A DNA stretch of 52,441 nucleotides from Bacteroidota bacterium (GTDB lineage: Bacteria > Bacteroidota > Bacteroidia > B-17B0 > Aurantibacillaceae), in the NCBI GenBank assembly GCA_043769975.1, contig JAYVIS010000044.1:1-52441 (forward strand), in the 5' to 3' direction. The notes under the pieces were generated by a model. That model was not told the DNA's origin, searched no databases, and worked only from the letters and a program-made list of their open reading frames with translations. Below are positions 7,966 to 18,660 of this stretch, one piece after another (positions within the stretch are counted from its first letter, which is position 1; each line of letters opens with the position of its first letter). The position numbers and the translations under genes were made by a program.

Positions 7966-9048
7966 TTATTTTTTCAAAAAAGGAATTTTACAAACTTTTG
8001 CTTTGATCGCTTTATCTCTAATCAAAATAAAAATTTCAGTATCAGCTTTTGAAAACTCTTTATTTACATAACCCATTCCTAAAGCAATATTAAGTGTAGG
8101 CGATTGTGTTCCAGATGTTACTTTGCCAATTACATTTCCACTTGCATCTGCTATTTGATAATCATGACGAGGTATTCCTCTATCAATCATTTCAAAACCA
8201 ACTAGTTTTTTTGTAACACCATCCGTTTTTTGTTTTTCAATAGCAGCACGGTTTGTGAAATCTTTAGTAAATTTTGTAATCCAACCTAAGCCAGCTTCAA
8301 TTGGTGAAGTTGTATCATCAATATCGTTACCATATAAACAAAAACCCATTTCTAAACGTAACGTATCGCGAGCCCCTAATCCTATTGGTTTTATTCCGAA
8401 TTCTTTACCAGCTTCAAAAATAGAATCCCAGATTTTTTCAGCATATTCGTTTTCAAAATATATCTCAAAGCCACCAGCTCCTGTGTAACCTGTATTTGAA
8501 ATCACAACGTTTTCAACCCCACAAAATGTGCCTTTAGCAAAAGAATAATAAGGGATATCAGACAAATTAACTGATGTTAACTTTTGTAAAGTTGCCAAAC
8601 CGTTAGGCCCTTGTATTGCTAGTAATGAAGTTTGTTCAGAAATATTATGCATTTCTACTCCAAAAGTATCATGTTGTTTTATCCAATTCCAGTCTTTGTC
8701 AATATTAGATGCATTTACAACTAACATATATGTTTTTTCATCAATTCTATATACTAATAAATCATCTACAATTCCACCAGTTTCATTTGGTAAACAAGAG
8801 TATTGTGCTTTACCATCTGTTAAAACTGAAGCGTCGTTACTTGTTACTTTTTGAATTAGTTTTAGAGCATTTTCACCTTTTAAAATAAATTCACCCATAT
8901 GACTAACATCAAAAACTCCAACCGTATTTCTAACCGTTGCATGCTCATCATTTAAGCCGCTATAAGATACTGGCATGTTATATCCTGCAAATGGAACCAT
9001 TTTAGCTCCTAAAGAAATGTGTTTTTGTGATAATGCTGTGTTTTTCAT
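7966..9048 (-). CDS. gcvT: Glycine cleavage system aminomethyltransferase T
   Basis: 360 aa. [22 protein letters not shown] and RDTLRLE motifs are characteristic of GcvT. Confidence 0.92.
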   Translation of the reverse strand: MKNTALSQKHISLGAKMVPFAGYNMPVSYSGLNDEHATVRNTVGVFDVSHMGEFILKGENALKLIQKVTSNDASVLTDGKAQYSCLPNETGGIVDDLLVYRIDEKTYMLVVNASNIDKDWNWIKQHDTFGVEMHNISEQTSLLAIQGPNGLATLQKLTSVNLSDIPYYSFAKGTFCGVENVVISNTGYTGAGGFEIYFENEYAEKIWDSIFEAGKEFGIKPIGLGARDTLRLEMGFCLYGNDIDDTTSPIEAGLGWITKFTKDFTNRAAIEKQKTDGVTKKLVGFEMIDRGIPRHDYQIADASGNVIGKVTSGTQSPTLNIALGMGYVNKEFSKADTEIFILIRDKAIKAKVCKIPFLKK

Positions 9049-9094
9049 ATAAATTTTAGTTAAGTTGTGTAACGATTATAGTGGGCTAAATTTA

Positions 9095-10180
9095 CTATTT
9101 TATTAGAGAATTTAAAACATCTAAATATAAGTGTTTATTAGCATCAACTGAGTAGTGTTTTAAAACAGTTTCTCGGCCTTTTAGCCCTGTAGATACTCGT
9201 AAGTCTTTGTTCTCTATTAAATTTGATAATGTATCTATCCATTCATTTTCTGTTGAGGCTAAGAAACCATTAACGCCATGTTGAATAATTTCAGTATTTA
9301 CTCCTATTGGTGACATGACGGTTGAAATACCGCAAGCCATATATGATAATCCTTTTAATCCACATTTTCCTTTTGACCATTCATCATCAGGCAAAGGCAT
9401 AATTCCAATGTCAAAGCAATTTAAATCTTCAACCTCAGTTAATGAATTCCAAGATTTACTTATTGTTTCAATTTCAGTGTTTTTATAAGTGTCTTTTTCA
9501 ATAACATGGATTTCCAATTGATTTGGATATTTTGCGATCAAATGTTTTAAAACAGGTATTACCATTTCAAAATGTTTGATTGTACTTATACTTCCACTCC
9601 AACCAATAACAATTTTTTGAGAATGTATGCTTGTGTTTTTTAATAAGGGTTTATGAATATTAGTATCAACTGTAGTTGGTATAATAAAAACATTTTTATT
9701 AAACTGTTTTGCATATGATGCTAAATATTGGTTTCCGGAAATGACTGCATGCGCGTTTTCAATATTTGTTTTTGTTTTGTTAGGGTTTTTTAAGAATTCA
9801 AATTTTTTATTTCCTTCAGATGTATCATGAAGCCAAATACTATCATCAAAATCAAAAATCAATTTATTTTTTTTAAAGAATTTTTTTTCAAAATATGAAG
9901 AACCAATCAGTAATGCTTCACGTTGAATAAAAATTAAATCAAATTTATGACTCCTTTGTAAATCATTGAATCTAATAAAAAATGATTTTAGAATTATAAA
10001 AGCCTTTCTTAGGTATTTTCCTGATTGATAAAATACCTTGTCATCTTTTTCTGTGATAATTTCTGAAAGCTCCCAAACAAAACCATTTTTTTCAAGATAA
10101 TTCAAATATTGTTCAAATCTAAATCGCTGACTTGGCGACCGATTTATACGGTGATCAACTATGAATAATATTTTTTTCAA
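9095..10180 (-). CDS. Glycosyltransferase, GT1/GT4-type (GT-B fold)
   Basis: 361 aa. C-terminal GLSYMACGISTVMSPIGVNTEIIQHGVNGFLA matches the GT-B nucleotide-sugar binding region. Overlaps the upstream gene by 4 nt. Confidence 0.75.
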   Translation of the reverse strand: MKKILFIVDHRINRSPSQRFRFEQYLNYLEKNGFVWELSEIITEKDDKVFYQSGKYLRKAFIILKSFFIRFNDLQRSHKFDLIFIQREALLIGSSYFEKKFFKKNKLIFDFDDSIWLHDTSEGNKKFEFLKNPNKTKTNIENAHAVISGNQYLASYAKQFNKNVFIIPTTVDTNIHKPLLKNTSIHSQKIVIGWSGSISTIKHFEMVIPVLKHLIAKYPNQLEIHVIEKDTYKNTEIETISKSWNSLTEVEDLNCFDIGIMPLPDDEWSKGKCGLKGLSYMACGISTVMSPIGVNTEIIQHGVNGFLASTENEWIDTLSNLIENKDLRVSTGLKGRETVLKHYSVDANKHLYLDVLNSLIK

Positions 10181-11388
10181 TTATATTTAGTTTTATATTT
10201 TGAATGTAATAACAGGATAAATCCAGTACACGAAACGTAGAAAAATGGAATTAAACCCTGATAATGTCGAAAGGCAACCCACGTATATCCTTTTATATTA
10301 GTGTTTAAAAACCAAAGGGTACAAATAAAATAAACGATAGATAGTAAAACAACGAATAACCATTTTTGATTTTTCAAAAGGGTTTTAAAATATAAAATAC
10401 AAAAAAAGATATTCATGGAAAATAAAACATAAAACGCATAGGCAAGGTTAATTTTAGGGTTTATAAAACTTTGAATAAACATATCATTTAGAAATATAGT
10501 GACAAAGAGATTTAAATTTAAAATATTTGCAGGAATATTTGCTTCAAAAAAGGCTCTAATAAAATTAGCCATTTCTTGTTCTGGAACAAAAATAAGTTTC
10601 CAAGAAACAAATAGACCTGCGGAGGCAAGTATAATTAATGTGGCTATTGTGAAGTTTTTTAATGTCAGGTTTTTTATATATTTATTTAGCATTATTAAAA
10701 ATAAAATGGGAATGCAAAATACATTAGCCATTGAAGAAAAAAGCGAAAGGCATATCAAAACAATAAAAGCATAAAGATATTTATTTTTAGGCATATGATA
10801 ATATTGGAAAGCCATAATTAAGGCACTATTTATTAGTAGTGGAGATAATTGGTTATTTCCTAATCCATAACGCTCGTGAGTTGCAATTAATAATCCGAAA
10901 AACACACAGCCTAAGGCATAATTTTTAGGAACATTAAACCCCAGTTTGTTTAACAAATTAAACATTGGCAAACACATGAACATGCCTAAAACAAAAAGAA
11001 AATATGAGATTAACCGCAAAACAATCAGCCTTGAGAAAATTGGGACTTTTAATGCTTTCATAATTAAATTTGGCATTGTTAAAATTGAATAATATAATGG
11101 TGGATGTTGAGCTTGATAAGAATAGTTTGCTAAGCCTAAACCCTCTCTATTTAATTGTATACCAACTACTGATTTTTCGGGATGAATGAGTGTATTTAAA
11201 TATATTTCGTTGCATATTTGATCAGACATTAATGGCATTTTTCCATACGATAATTTTTCAATATAATCCATATGAGCATATTCGTCAATATTACTCCACT
11301 TTTGAGTTATAATAAATTTAACAGATAAAATAATTATTGTTAAACAAAACATATACAAACAAATAGTTATTATTTTTTTTGCTTTCAT
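10177..11388 (-). CDS. Polytopic GT-C-type glycosyltransferase (ArnT/PMT, GT39/83-like)
   Basis: 403 aa with more than 8 hydrophobic helices. First loop carries IDEYAH (acidic DE motif) and AQHPPLYY, typical of ArnT/PMT_2-like enzymes. Confidence 0.6.
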   Translation of the reverse strand: MKAKKIITICLYMFCLTIIILSVKFIITQKWSNIDEYAHMDYIEKLSYGKMPLMSDQICNEIYLNTLIHPEKSVVGIQLNREGLGLANYSYQAQHPPLYYSILTMPNLIMKALKVPIFSRLIVLRLISYFLFVLGMFMCLPMFNLLNKLGFNVPKNYALGCVFFGLLIATHERYGLGNNQLSPLLINSALIMAFQYYHMPKNKYLYAFIVLICLSLFSSMANVFCIPILFLIMLNKYIKNLTLKNFTIATLIILASAGLFVSWKLIFVPEQEMANFIRAFFEANIPANILNLNLFVTIFLNDMFIQSFINPKINLAYAFYVLFSMNIFFCILYFKTLLKNQKWLFVVLLSIVYFICTLWFLNTNIKGYTWVAFRHYQGLIPFFYVSCTGFILLLHSKYKTKYN

Positions 11389-13640
11389 TTTTTTAAATCA
11401 TATAATGGTGGATTTTCTTTTAGTAATTCACTAATAGTACTTTCCATCATTTCGGTGATTACAATATCTGGTTTTTCTGAAAGAATAATTTTGGGATAAA
11501 ATAAGGTTGACCAAACATAGGTGTGTTTACTAAACTGCCAAGAAAAATAAGGAATTAAATTATTTGCATAGGAGTCTCTAAACATTAACATTTTTGGCGC
11601 TAAAGTATCCGAGCTTTGATAGGTTAAAATTGGTCCAGACATAAGATAACCTAAATCATTCTTACTGATAGTTTTTTGTGCATTATTGATGTTAACATTT
11701 GATGGAAAATAATCCTTTCTAAACAGATCATGATTTAGCGACACTAATCTTGCTAAATCGCCTTCTTCATTATAAAGAATATTCCAATTAATGTCGGCAT
11801 CTGGTATTGGATTTTTTAAATTTTTAAAATCTTTTTGAATATGTTTGATGATTGCTTTATATGCAATATAAGCTCCATAATAATTCCAATGTGTATCAAC
11901 TTTGTAATATAAATCTTTATGAGATGTTTTTTTTGCCATTTCCATAGAAGTATTAATGTCAATAATATCAATATCACTATTATTTTTTAAATAGGTAACA
12001 ACTTGATGTAATTGTGTTTCCTTATTAAATTTAAAAAGTTTTTTACCAACATATTCGTTATAAAAGTGGTGCGGCATTAATGGAAACACAACATAATATT
12101 TTATTCCTGATTTTTTTAACCAATTATTTCTGTTTTGCAGAAGAGAAGTAATTTGTTTAAGTTCAGTAATGGTGTATGGATTTTTATTTTCATAAACTAT
12201 TTTGGCTTTCCCTGATATATCAAATAACCAGCCATCTTCACCAAAATGAACTAATTTATTTGTGCTTAGTTCAGAAAACAGGCTATATCTTAGTCTGTTA
12301 TTAATAGTAGTAAATTTATTTTGCCCTTGCAACTGGTCATTTAAATAATTTTCTAATTGAATTGTATATTTTCTAATACTTATAGTATCCTTTTTTGGAA
12401 AATTAGTAGTTAACCTTTTTTCACAAGTTAAAACGGAACGGTGCCCGTTAACTAGAAAAAATAAGGCTTGGCTAATTATCGTTATTGTAAAAAATACGAA
12501 TAGTGTAAAATCAATTATTTTTAAATTGTGTATTTTTTTATGTAGTATTAAACAAAATGCAAAGACGATTAATCCAAAAAATAGCCAAATTGTTTTTCGT
12601 ATAAAATTATTAATTCGAATGGTTTTAATAAAATAGGTTGAGCCTATTGTAATATAGCTATCTTGACCTTTTAGGAGCATCTTATTTTTGACAAAATCAA
12701 TATTGTTACCAACTAAATAACATGGCTTTACTTTATCCAGGTCCCATTTTTTGCCAAGTAAACCTAAATTATATTTGATACTAAAGCCTGATAGATTTGC
12801 CCCTGTGTTTGGAAAATCTATTCTGAAATAGTTGGAGTTGTTTGACTCCACCTGGCCATCAAAATGATTGCTTGTATAGTCAAGGTTTGTTGAATGTTCT
12901 TCGTCAAATGTTGGTGAGTTCTTGTTGTAATAAATCGTTAACCCCTTAATAACAGAATCATTATTCACCTTAATCGAAACATCAATTTCTTTCCCTAAAT
13001 ATTTAAATAAAAATAAAGAAACAATGGTTGTTCCAATGCTCAAATACATTGATTTTTTGCTAGGCTGTATAAAAATAATTAAAAGGATGAATAGTAAAAA
13101 TAGAATACTTATATATGATGTTTTCCATAGTTTTATGTTTTCTGTTTCCCATGTTGATGGATTTTCTAATTGGATAAAAGCATCTTCATTTGGATTATTT
13201 ATTATGATTTGTATTTGATTGTTGTTAATTATTTTTCTTGAATTGGAACTCACTTTTACTAGGCCAAATTGATCTTCGCCTAGGGTATAAACTTTATTAT
13301 TGAAAATAACATTAATTGCTAAAAAAGAAATAGTGTCATTAGCTATTTTGTTGTTTAGTCTAAATGATAAATTTAATTTTTCATCTGGCAATAAACTTCC
13401 GGTTAAATCAAATTGTTTGTATGCTTGGTTTGTTGTTTCCCATTTTTGCAATAGCAAACTATCTTTGTATAAACTAATATTCGAATTTTTTGCCGATTTT
13501 ATACTTGTAAATATTTGAAAAGTATTTGTTTTTTGTTGAACAATTTTATCTTTTAGGTTGAGAATAAAAAAAACAAAAGGTATAGCCACAACGGTTAAAT
13601 AGTGTAATTTGTTTTTTATATATAATATTATCTGCAACAT
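11385..13640 (-). CDS. Membrane-anchored AlgJ/AlgX-like (DHHW/SGNH-like) O-acyltransferase partner with long N-terminal extension
   Basis: 751 aa. The C-terminal ~330 aa carry KVDTHWNYYGAYIAY and MFRDSYAN, as in AlgJ/AlgX/PatB-like proteins. The N-terminal ~400 aa contain two beta-rich modules, each preceded by TM helices. The start overlaps the MBOAT stop (TAATG). Confidence 0.65.
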   Translation of the reverse strand: MLQIILYIKNKLHYLTVVAIPFVFFILNLKDKIVQQKTNTFQIFTSIKSAKNSNISLYKDSLLLQKWETTNQAYKQFDLTGSLLPDEKLNLSFRLNNKIANDTISFLAINVIFNNKVYTLGEDQFGLVKVSSNSRKIINNNQIQIIINNPNEDAFIQLENPSTWETENIKLWKTSYISILFLLFILLIIFIQPSKKSMYLSIGTTIVSLFLFKYLGKEIDVSIKVNNDSVIKGLTIYYNKNSPTFDEEHSTNLDYTSNHFDGQVESNNSNYFRIDFPNTGANLSGFSIKYNLGLLGKKWDLDKVKPCYLVGNNIDFVKNKMLLKGQDSYITIGSTYFIKTIRINNFIRKTIWLFFGLIVFAFCLILHKKIHNLKIIDFTLFVFFTITIISQALFFLVNGHRSVLTCEKRLTTNFPKKDTISIRKYTIQLENYLNDQLQGQNKFTTINNRLRYSLFSELSTNKLVHFGEDGWLFDISGKAKIVYENKNPYTITELKQITSLLQNRNNWLKKSGIKYYVVFPLMPHHFYNEYVGKKLFKFNKETQLHQVVTYLKNNSDIDIIDINTSMEMAKKTSHKDLYYKVDTHWNYYGAYIAYKAIIKHIQKDFKNLKNPIPDADINWNILYNEEGDLARLVSLNHDLFRKDYFPSNVNINNAQKTISKNDLGYLMSGPILTYQSSDTLAPKMLMFRDSYANNLIPYFSWQFSKHTYVWSTLFYPKIILSEKPDIVITEMMESTISELLKENPPLYDLKK

Positions 13641-15031
13641 TAAAATCTAAAATATATAAATGGATTATAGCTGTCTGAGGCAAGAGAAATGATGCTCAAC
13701 GAAAAAATCAACATGAGGAACAACGTATTAAATATTGATAAAATTTGTGTAGCCCCAGGGTTTTTTAAAATAAAATTTTCCTTGATTGGAAAATTTAAAA
13801 TTATGCCAATTAGCCCTATTAAAAATTCCTCTTTTGATAAATAGTGAGATATTGACAAACTGTTTTCATTGCTATTTAAAAAGAACATGTTTTTTAAGTA
13901 ATGCAAAACATTATCCATACCGCTAATATTTTGAAAAACAAAAGAAATTAAAATGACAATTAAGAAATAGATATGAGAAATAAGTCTTTGTTTGTTTAGA
14001 AATTTTTCGAAAAACATTTTTTCTAAAATGATAAATAGACCATTAAAACATCCCCAGGCTATAAATCTCCATTCTGCGCCATGCCATAAACCTGTTATAA
14101 AAAACACAATTAAAATGTTTCTATATAAAACTAGTTTCCCTTTTCTGCTGCCACCCAATGGAATATATAAATAGTCTTTAAACCAATTTGAAAGAGAAAT
14201 ATGCCATCTTTGCCAAAATTCTTTTATTGACCTGCTTATAAAAGGGTAATTGAAATTTTCTAGAAAAGTAAAACCAAACATTTTTGCTAAACCGATTGCC
14301 ATATCTGAGTATCCTGAAAAATCAAAATAAACTTGTAAGGCAAATGCAATCATAGCTAACCAAGAAGCTCCAATGCCTAGTTGTTGAATGTCGTCATTCA
14401 TTATTTTAATAAAAAGGGCTCCCATGACATTAGCAATCAATACTTTTTTTGCTAAGCCAATTATAAATCTTTTTATTCCTTCAATTACTTTGTCGAATGT
14501 TATTGTTCGCGTTGTAAGCTGTGATTCAACATCATAATACCTTACGATTGGTCCTGCAACTAATTGTGGAAAAAAAGTAATGTAGAGTAATAGGTTTGAA
14601 AAATTTTTCTGAACTAATTGATTGTTTCTATAGATATCAATAATATATGATAAACCATGAAAAGTAAAAAACGAAATGCCAATTGGTAAAACTATTGCTG
14701 ACTCTTTTAATTGCGCTAATCCTAAACTATTAATATTAGAAACAAGAAATGCAAAATATTTGTAATAAAATAATAATCCAAGGTTTAAAGTAATACCTAA
14801 TATTAAAAATATTTTTTTATTTTTTTGTTTAGCTATTAAATATCCTGATATATAATTAATTAATGCAGACAGAATAACTAAAATAACCAAATGGCCTTCT
14901 CCCCAAGAGTAAAATAGTAAACTACTAATTAATAGAAATACGTTTTGTTTTTTTACATTTTTTAATAAATAATTACCAAGCAAAACAGATGGTAAAAAAA
15001 AGAATAAAAATATAAAAGAGCTAAAAACCAT
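13640..15031 (-). CDS. MBOAT-family membrane O-acyltransferase (AlgI/DltB/PatA-like)
   Basis: 463 aa polytopic protein. FWQRWHISLSNWFKDYLYIPLGG includes the conserved His region of MBOAT enzymes. Confidence 0.88.
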   Translation of the reverse strand: MVFSSFIFLFFFLPSVLLGNYLLKNVKKQNVFLLISSLLFYSWGEGHLVILVILSALINYISGYLIAKQKNKKIFLILGITLNLGLLFYYKYFAFLVSNINSLGLAQLKESAIVLPIGISFFTFHGLSYIIDIYRNNQLVQKNFSNLLLYITFFPQLVAGPIVRYYDVESQLTTRTITFDKVIEGIKRFIIGLAKKVLIANVMGALFIKIMNDDIQQLGIGASWLAMIAFALQVYFDFSGYSDMAIGLAKMFGFTFLENFNYPFISRSIKEFWQRWHISLSNWFKDYLYIPLGGSRKGKLVLYRNILIVFFITGLWHGAEWRFIAWGCFNGLFIILEKMFFEKFLNKQRLISHIYFLIVILISFVFQNISGMDNVLHYLKNMFFLNSNENSLSISHYLSKEEFLIGLIGIILNFPIKENFILKNPGATQILSIFNTLFLMLIFSLSIISLASDSYNPFIYFRF

Positions 15032-15038
15032 CTGACAA

Positions 15039-17162
15039 TTATTTCAATGTAAAGTGCACTCCCGCTCTTGTTAAGTTTTGATTATAGCATGGATCATGAT
15101 CTACGTATTTCATCCATTTTCTTCTAAATAAACTCACCTCTTTTACATGTCGCTTATAACCTTCTGAATTTGCGTGAGGGTGTCCTCTTGAAATGGATTC
15201 GTAATGATAGAGTTTAACATGGGGAACATATAAATTTCTGTATCCTTTTTCTACAACTTTCAAACAAAAATCCACATCATTATATTCCACAACAAATTCT
15301 TCGTTAAAACCATTTACCTCGTCATAAACAGTTGTTCTCATTAAAATACAAGCTGCAGTTAATGCAGAATAATTATTTAGTAATTTTTGATAATGAAAAT
15401 ATCCTGGTTCATCCATATAATCACCTAAAAAGGCATGAGAAGCTACTCCGCCAAGACCTACAACTACTCCTGCATGCTGAATCGTGTCATCGTCAAATAG
15501 AAGTTTGCACCCAACAACACCAATTTCTGGTCTTTGCGCATGTTCTATCAATCCATTAATCCAATCTGGAGAAATGACTTGTGTGTCATTATTTAATAAA
15601 AGTAAATATTTGCCACTTGCGTGTTTTCTACCAAGATTCATTAATCTAGAAAAATTAAAAGATTTCTCGTCACGGACATAGATAAATTTAAAGGTAGCTT
15701 GTTTTTTATATTTTTCAATGAGTTTGAAAAATCCTTTCTCGCTGCTATTATTGTCAACTAAAATTATTTCGAATGCCCTATATTCCGATAAATTAATAAT
15801 TGAATCAATACATTTTTCTAAATACTCTTGTTTGTTTTTTGTTGGTATAATAATACTTACCAAATCATCAGGGTTTTTTATTTTCAACCTCACTGTATAG
15901 CCCACAAAACCTTCTAAGAAACTAATTTCATTATCATATCCCCTTCTTGTGAGGGCTTCTGATATTGCTAATTGAGCAGCTCGGTAAGCATAAGGCTTGG
16001 CTGTTTCACTTGCTGCCGCGCTGTATTCATGGATTCTCCAATGATATAAAATTTCTGCAATATGATATATCTTGGTATATTTTTCGGTGTATCGTAATAG
16101 TAAATCATAATCTTGACTTCCTTCAAATCCAATCCTAAAGCCACCAATTTCCTTCAACTGATTGGTTTTAAAAACGCTTACATGGCATATATAATTTCTA
16201 GATAGTAAACTATCTGGGCTCCAATCTGGTTTAAAATGAGCTTCGGAGTGAATGTTGTTTTCATCTATTTTATCTTCATCACTGTAAATAAAATCAGCAT
16301 CAGGTTTTTGATTAATTAATTTTACAATCTCATAAAGTGCATTTTCTCTTAGCTCATCATCTTGGTCAAATAGTAATGAATATTCCCCACTTGCTAATTC
16401 TAAAGCCGAATTACTTGCTTTTGATATGTGGCCATTTTCTGTTCTGTATGTAACCTTAATATTTGAATGTTTTTTTCTGTACTCTTCTATAATGATTTTA
16501 ACTTCTTCATCTGTTGAAAAATCATCGGCAATACAGATTTCCCAATTGCTATATATTTGATTTATTACAGAGTCCAGTGCCTTTTTAAAAAACTCGATTG
16601 GCGGATTATAAACAGGAATAATAATGCTTATAAGCGGTTTGTTTACAAAATTCTTTTGAAGATTTAATAAGTGTTTTCTTTTATCTTTTGTAATTATTCT
16701 TCTTGTTAAATATTGATTATAATCTGCTTGGTTTGATAAATAGTCAGTAAAAACTTCTACAATCATTACCTTCTTAGTTTCAACTAATAAATAAATGTGT
16801 TTAAATACTTTTGCAAATATGATTCTTAATACTTTTCCTCCCCTTTTGAAAACGTAGTTAAATAAAACAGAAAACAGACCCTTCTTATTTCCCTTTTTTA
16901 CATTCCCCCTGAGCCTTTTAACATATACAGCAATTTGTTTTTTGAATTTATAATATTTGCTACTTTCTAATTCGGCAACTCGTTTTATCAAAAGATCTAT
17001 ACTTTTGAATGCATTGTTTAATTGTGAGTTTAAGTTTTTTGTGGTACTTCTGTAATTTAGAACGTCTTTATATAATTCTTCTTTTGACTTTTCTTTTAAA
17101 ATCAACAGCTCATTTTTTTCCTTAAGAGTTAGACTACTCTTTTTTAACTTTTCTTCAATCAT
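15039..17162 (-). CDS. Bifunctional family-2 glycosyltransferase (two GT2 domains) with N-terminal coiled-coil
   Basis: 707 aa. Residues ~1-90 are heptad-like and K/E/L-rich. GT2 module 1: IIIPVYNPP..DDFSTDE..DQDD. GT2 module 2: SIIIPTKNK..VDNNS..LLNNDT. Confidence 0.8.
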   Translation of the reverse strand: MIEEKLKKSSLTLKEKNELLILKEKSKEELYKDVLNYRSTTKNLNSQLNNAFKSIDLLIKRVAELESSKYYKFKKQIAVYVKRLRGNVKKGNKKGLFSVLFNYVFKRGGKVLRIIFAKVFKHIYLLVETKKVMIVEVFTDYLSNQADYNQYLTRRIITKDKRKHLLNLQKNFVNKPLISIIIPVYNPPIEFFKKALDSVINQIYSNWEICIADDFSTDEEVKIIIEEYRKKHSNIKVTYRTENGHISKASNSALELASGEYSLLFDQDDELRENALYEIVKLINQKPDADFIYSDEDKIDENNIHSEAHFKPDWSPDSLLSRNYICHVSVFKTNQLKEIGGFRIGFEGSQDYDLLLRYTEKYTKIYHIAEILYHWRIHEYSAAASETAKPYAYRAAQLAISEALTRRGYDNEISFLEGFVGYTVRLKIKNPDDLVSIIIPTKNKQEYLEKCIDSIINLSEYRAFEIILVDNNSSEKGFFKLIEKYKKQATFKFIYVRDEKSFNFSRLMNLGRKHASGKYLLLLNNDTQVISPDWINGLIEHAQRPEIGVVGCKLLFDDDTIQHAGVVVGLGGVASHAFLGDYMDEPGYFHYQKLLNNYSALTAACILMRTTVYDEVNGFNEEFVVEYNDVDFCLKVVEKGYRNLYVPHVKLYHYESISRGHPHANSEGYKRHVKEVSLFRRKWMKYVDHDPCYNQNLTRAGVHFTLK

Positions 17163-17903
17163 TTAATTAAAAAGATTTAAATAGTGTTTCATTACTTCTT
17201 CAGATTTTCCATCAACAGAAATCCTTCCTTTTTCTATACATATTGAGCGCTCACATAATTCTAAAATTTCATCTGCATTATGGGAAACAAATAGAATAGT
17301 TGCCCCAGCATTTTTTATTTCTATAATTCGTTTCTTACACTTATCTTGAAATCCTTTGTCTCCAACTGCAAGCACTTCGTCAATCATCATTAATTGTGGT
17401 TGTGAAATTACAACACTACTAAATGCTAAACGTGCAAGCATTCCAGTCGAATACATTTTTGTTGGTTGTTTCAACTGTCCTAATGATAATTCTGAAAAAC
17501 TCGCTACAGAATCAATCAGTTCATTTATTTTATTTTTGTCATAATTTCCGCTAAGTGCAGTGTATATTTTAATATTTTCAATCCCGCTTAACTCTAATTC
17601 TAAGCCAGCTCCAAGAGTCAGCAAAGGTGACATTTCAATATTCACTTTACAAGTTCCTTCTGAAGGTGTTATTATTCCTGCTATTGTTCGAAGCAACGTA
17701 CTCTTCCCTTCGCCATTCCTTCCAACGATACCAACACATTCGCCTTTGTTAATTTTTAAATTTATGTTATTTAAAATCACTTTTTTATCAAATGGCGAAA
17801 ACAATCCACCTTTAGTCACAAAGTCTTTTATGGAATAGATTCCTCTTTTGTTATGCAAATAACAAACCGAAACATTATTTAATTCTATTGCTAAATCTGG
17901 CAT
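17163..17903 (-). CDS. wzt: Polysaccharide ABC exporter ATP-binding protein (Wzt/TagH-type, no C-terminal carbohydrate-binding domain)
   Basis: 246 aa. Walker A GRNGEGKST, signature YSTGMLARL, Walker B LMMIDEVLAVGD. Ends right after the NBD. Confidence 0.88.
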   Translation of the reverse strand: MPDLAIELNNVSVCYLHNKRGIYSIKDFVTKGGLFSPFDKKVILNNINLKINKGECVGIVGRNGEGKSTLLRTIAGIITPSEGTCKVNIEMSPLLTLGAGLELELSGIENIKIYTALSGNYDKNKINELIDSVASFSELSLGQLKQPTKMYSTGMLARLAFSSVVISQPQLMMIDEVLAVGDKGFQDKCKKRIIEIKNAGATILFVSHNADEILELCERSICIEKGRISVDGKSEEVMKHYLNLFN

Positions 17904-17904
17904 T

Positions 17905-18660
17905 TTAGAGGTTTGAAATAAATCCGTTTTTTGTTTTTTTGTAAATTAAAGCGGAAATGGAAATAAAAATAATGGTTATAATGATACAGTTGATACTGTA
18001 GTGCAGTGATGGTGATTTGCCCTCATATAATACATTTCGAATGATATAAAAAAAATGGAATAGGGGATTTAGTTTGAAATAAAAATTGTTTTCATTCGAA
18101 ATAATATCAGATGAATATGCGATTGGCGTCAGATAAAATAATGCAGGGTTGAGCGTATTCCATAAAATGCCTACATCCCTAAAAAATACGTTTAATGACC
18201 CAAGTATTAAACCCACAGAAAAAATAAATACACTAAATAAAATAATGATTGGAATGAGATAAAGAATGGTAAAGTTTATTTTCAAATTTAAAAAAAACAT
18301 TAAGCAAATAAATACTACAAAGCCGGCAAGAAAACTTATTAATTCTGTTAATTGCTCAGAAAATGGATATAATATTTTTTTTACTTGAAGTGATTTTATG
18401 AGATGTGCATTTTTAATAAATGTTTGAGATAATTGATTGCAACTTCCAGAAAAATACACCCAAAAAATTAATCCACTTAGCACATAAAGAGTATAATTTT
18501 CGATTTGCGAAAAAGCTTTAGAAAATACAAAATTAAATATAAGTAAATAGAATAAAGGGTGTACAAAACTCCACACAAACCCTAACAAGGAATGTTTATA
18601 TTTTAACTGCAAATTTTTATAAACTAAAAAGTATAGAGTATATAGATTAATAGGCTTCAT
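17905..18660 (-). CDS. wzm: Polysaccharide ABC-2 type exporter permease
   Basis: 251 aa, six hydrophobic helices, N-terminal LKYKHSLLGFVWSFVHP typical of ABC-2 permeases. Lies 1 nt upstream of wzt. Confidence 0.85.
   Translation of the reverse strand: MKPINLYTLYFLVYKNLQLKYKHSLLGFVWSFVHPLFYLLIFNFVFSKAFSQIENYTLYVLSGLIFWVYFSGSCNQLSQTFIKNAHLIKSLQVKKILYPFSEQLTELISFLAGFVVFICLMFFLNLKINFTILYLIPIIILFSVFIFSVGLILGSLNVFFRDVGILWNTLNPALFYLTPIAYSSDIISNENNFYFKLNPLFHFFYIIRNVLYEGKSPSLHYSINCIIITIIFISISALIYKKTKNGFISNL

Noticed and set aside
9049-9094. Looked for a glycine riboswitch upstream of gcvT
   Set aside because: Only 46 nt separate gcvT from the upstream gene, which is too short for a glycine riboswitch aptamer, and no conserved aptamer-like sequence is seen.
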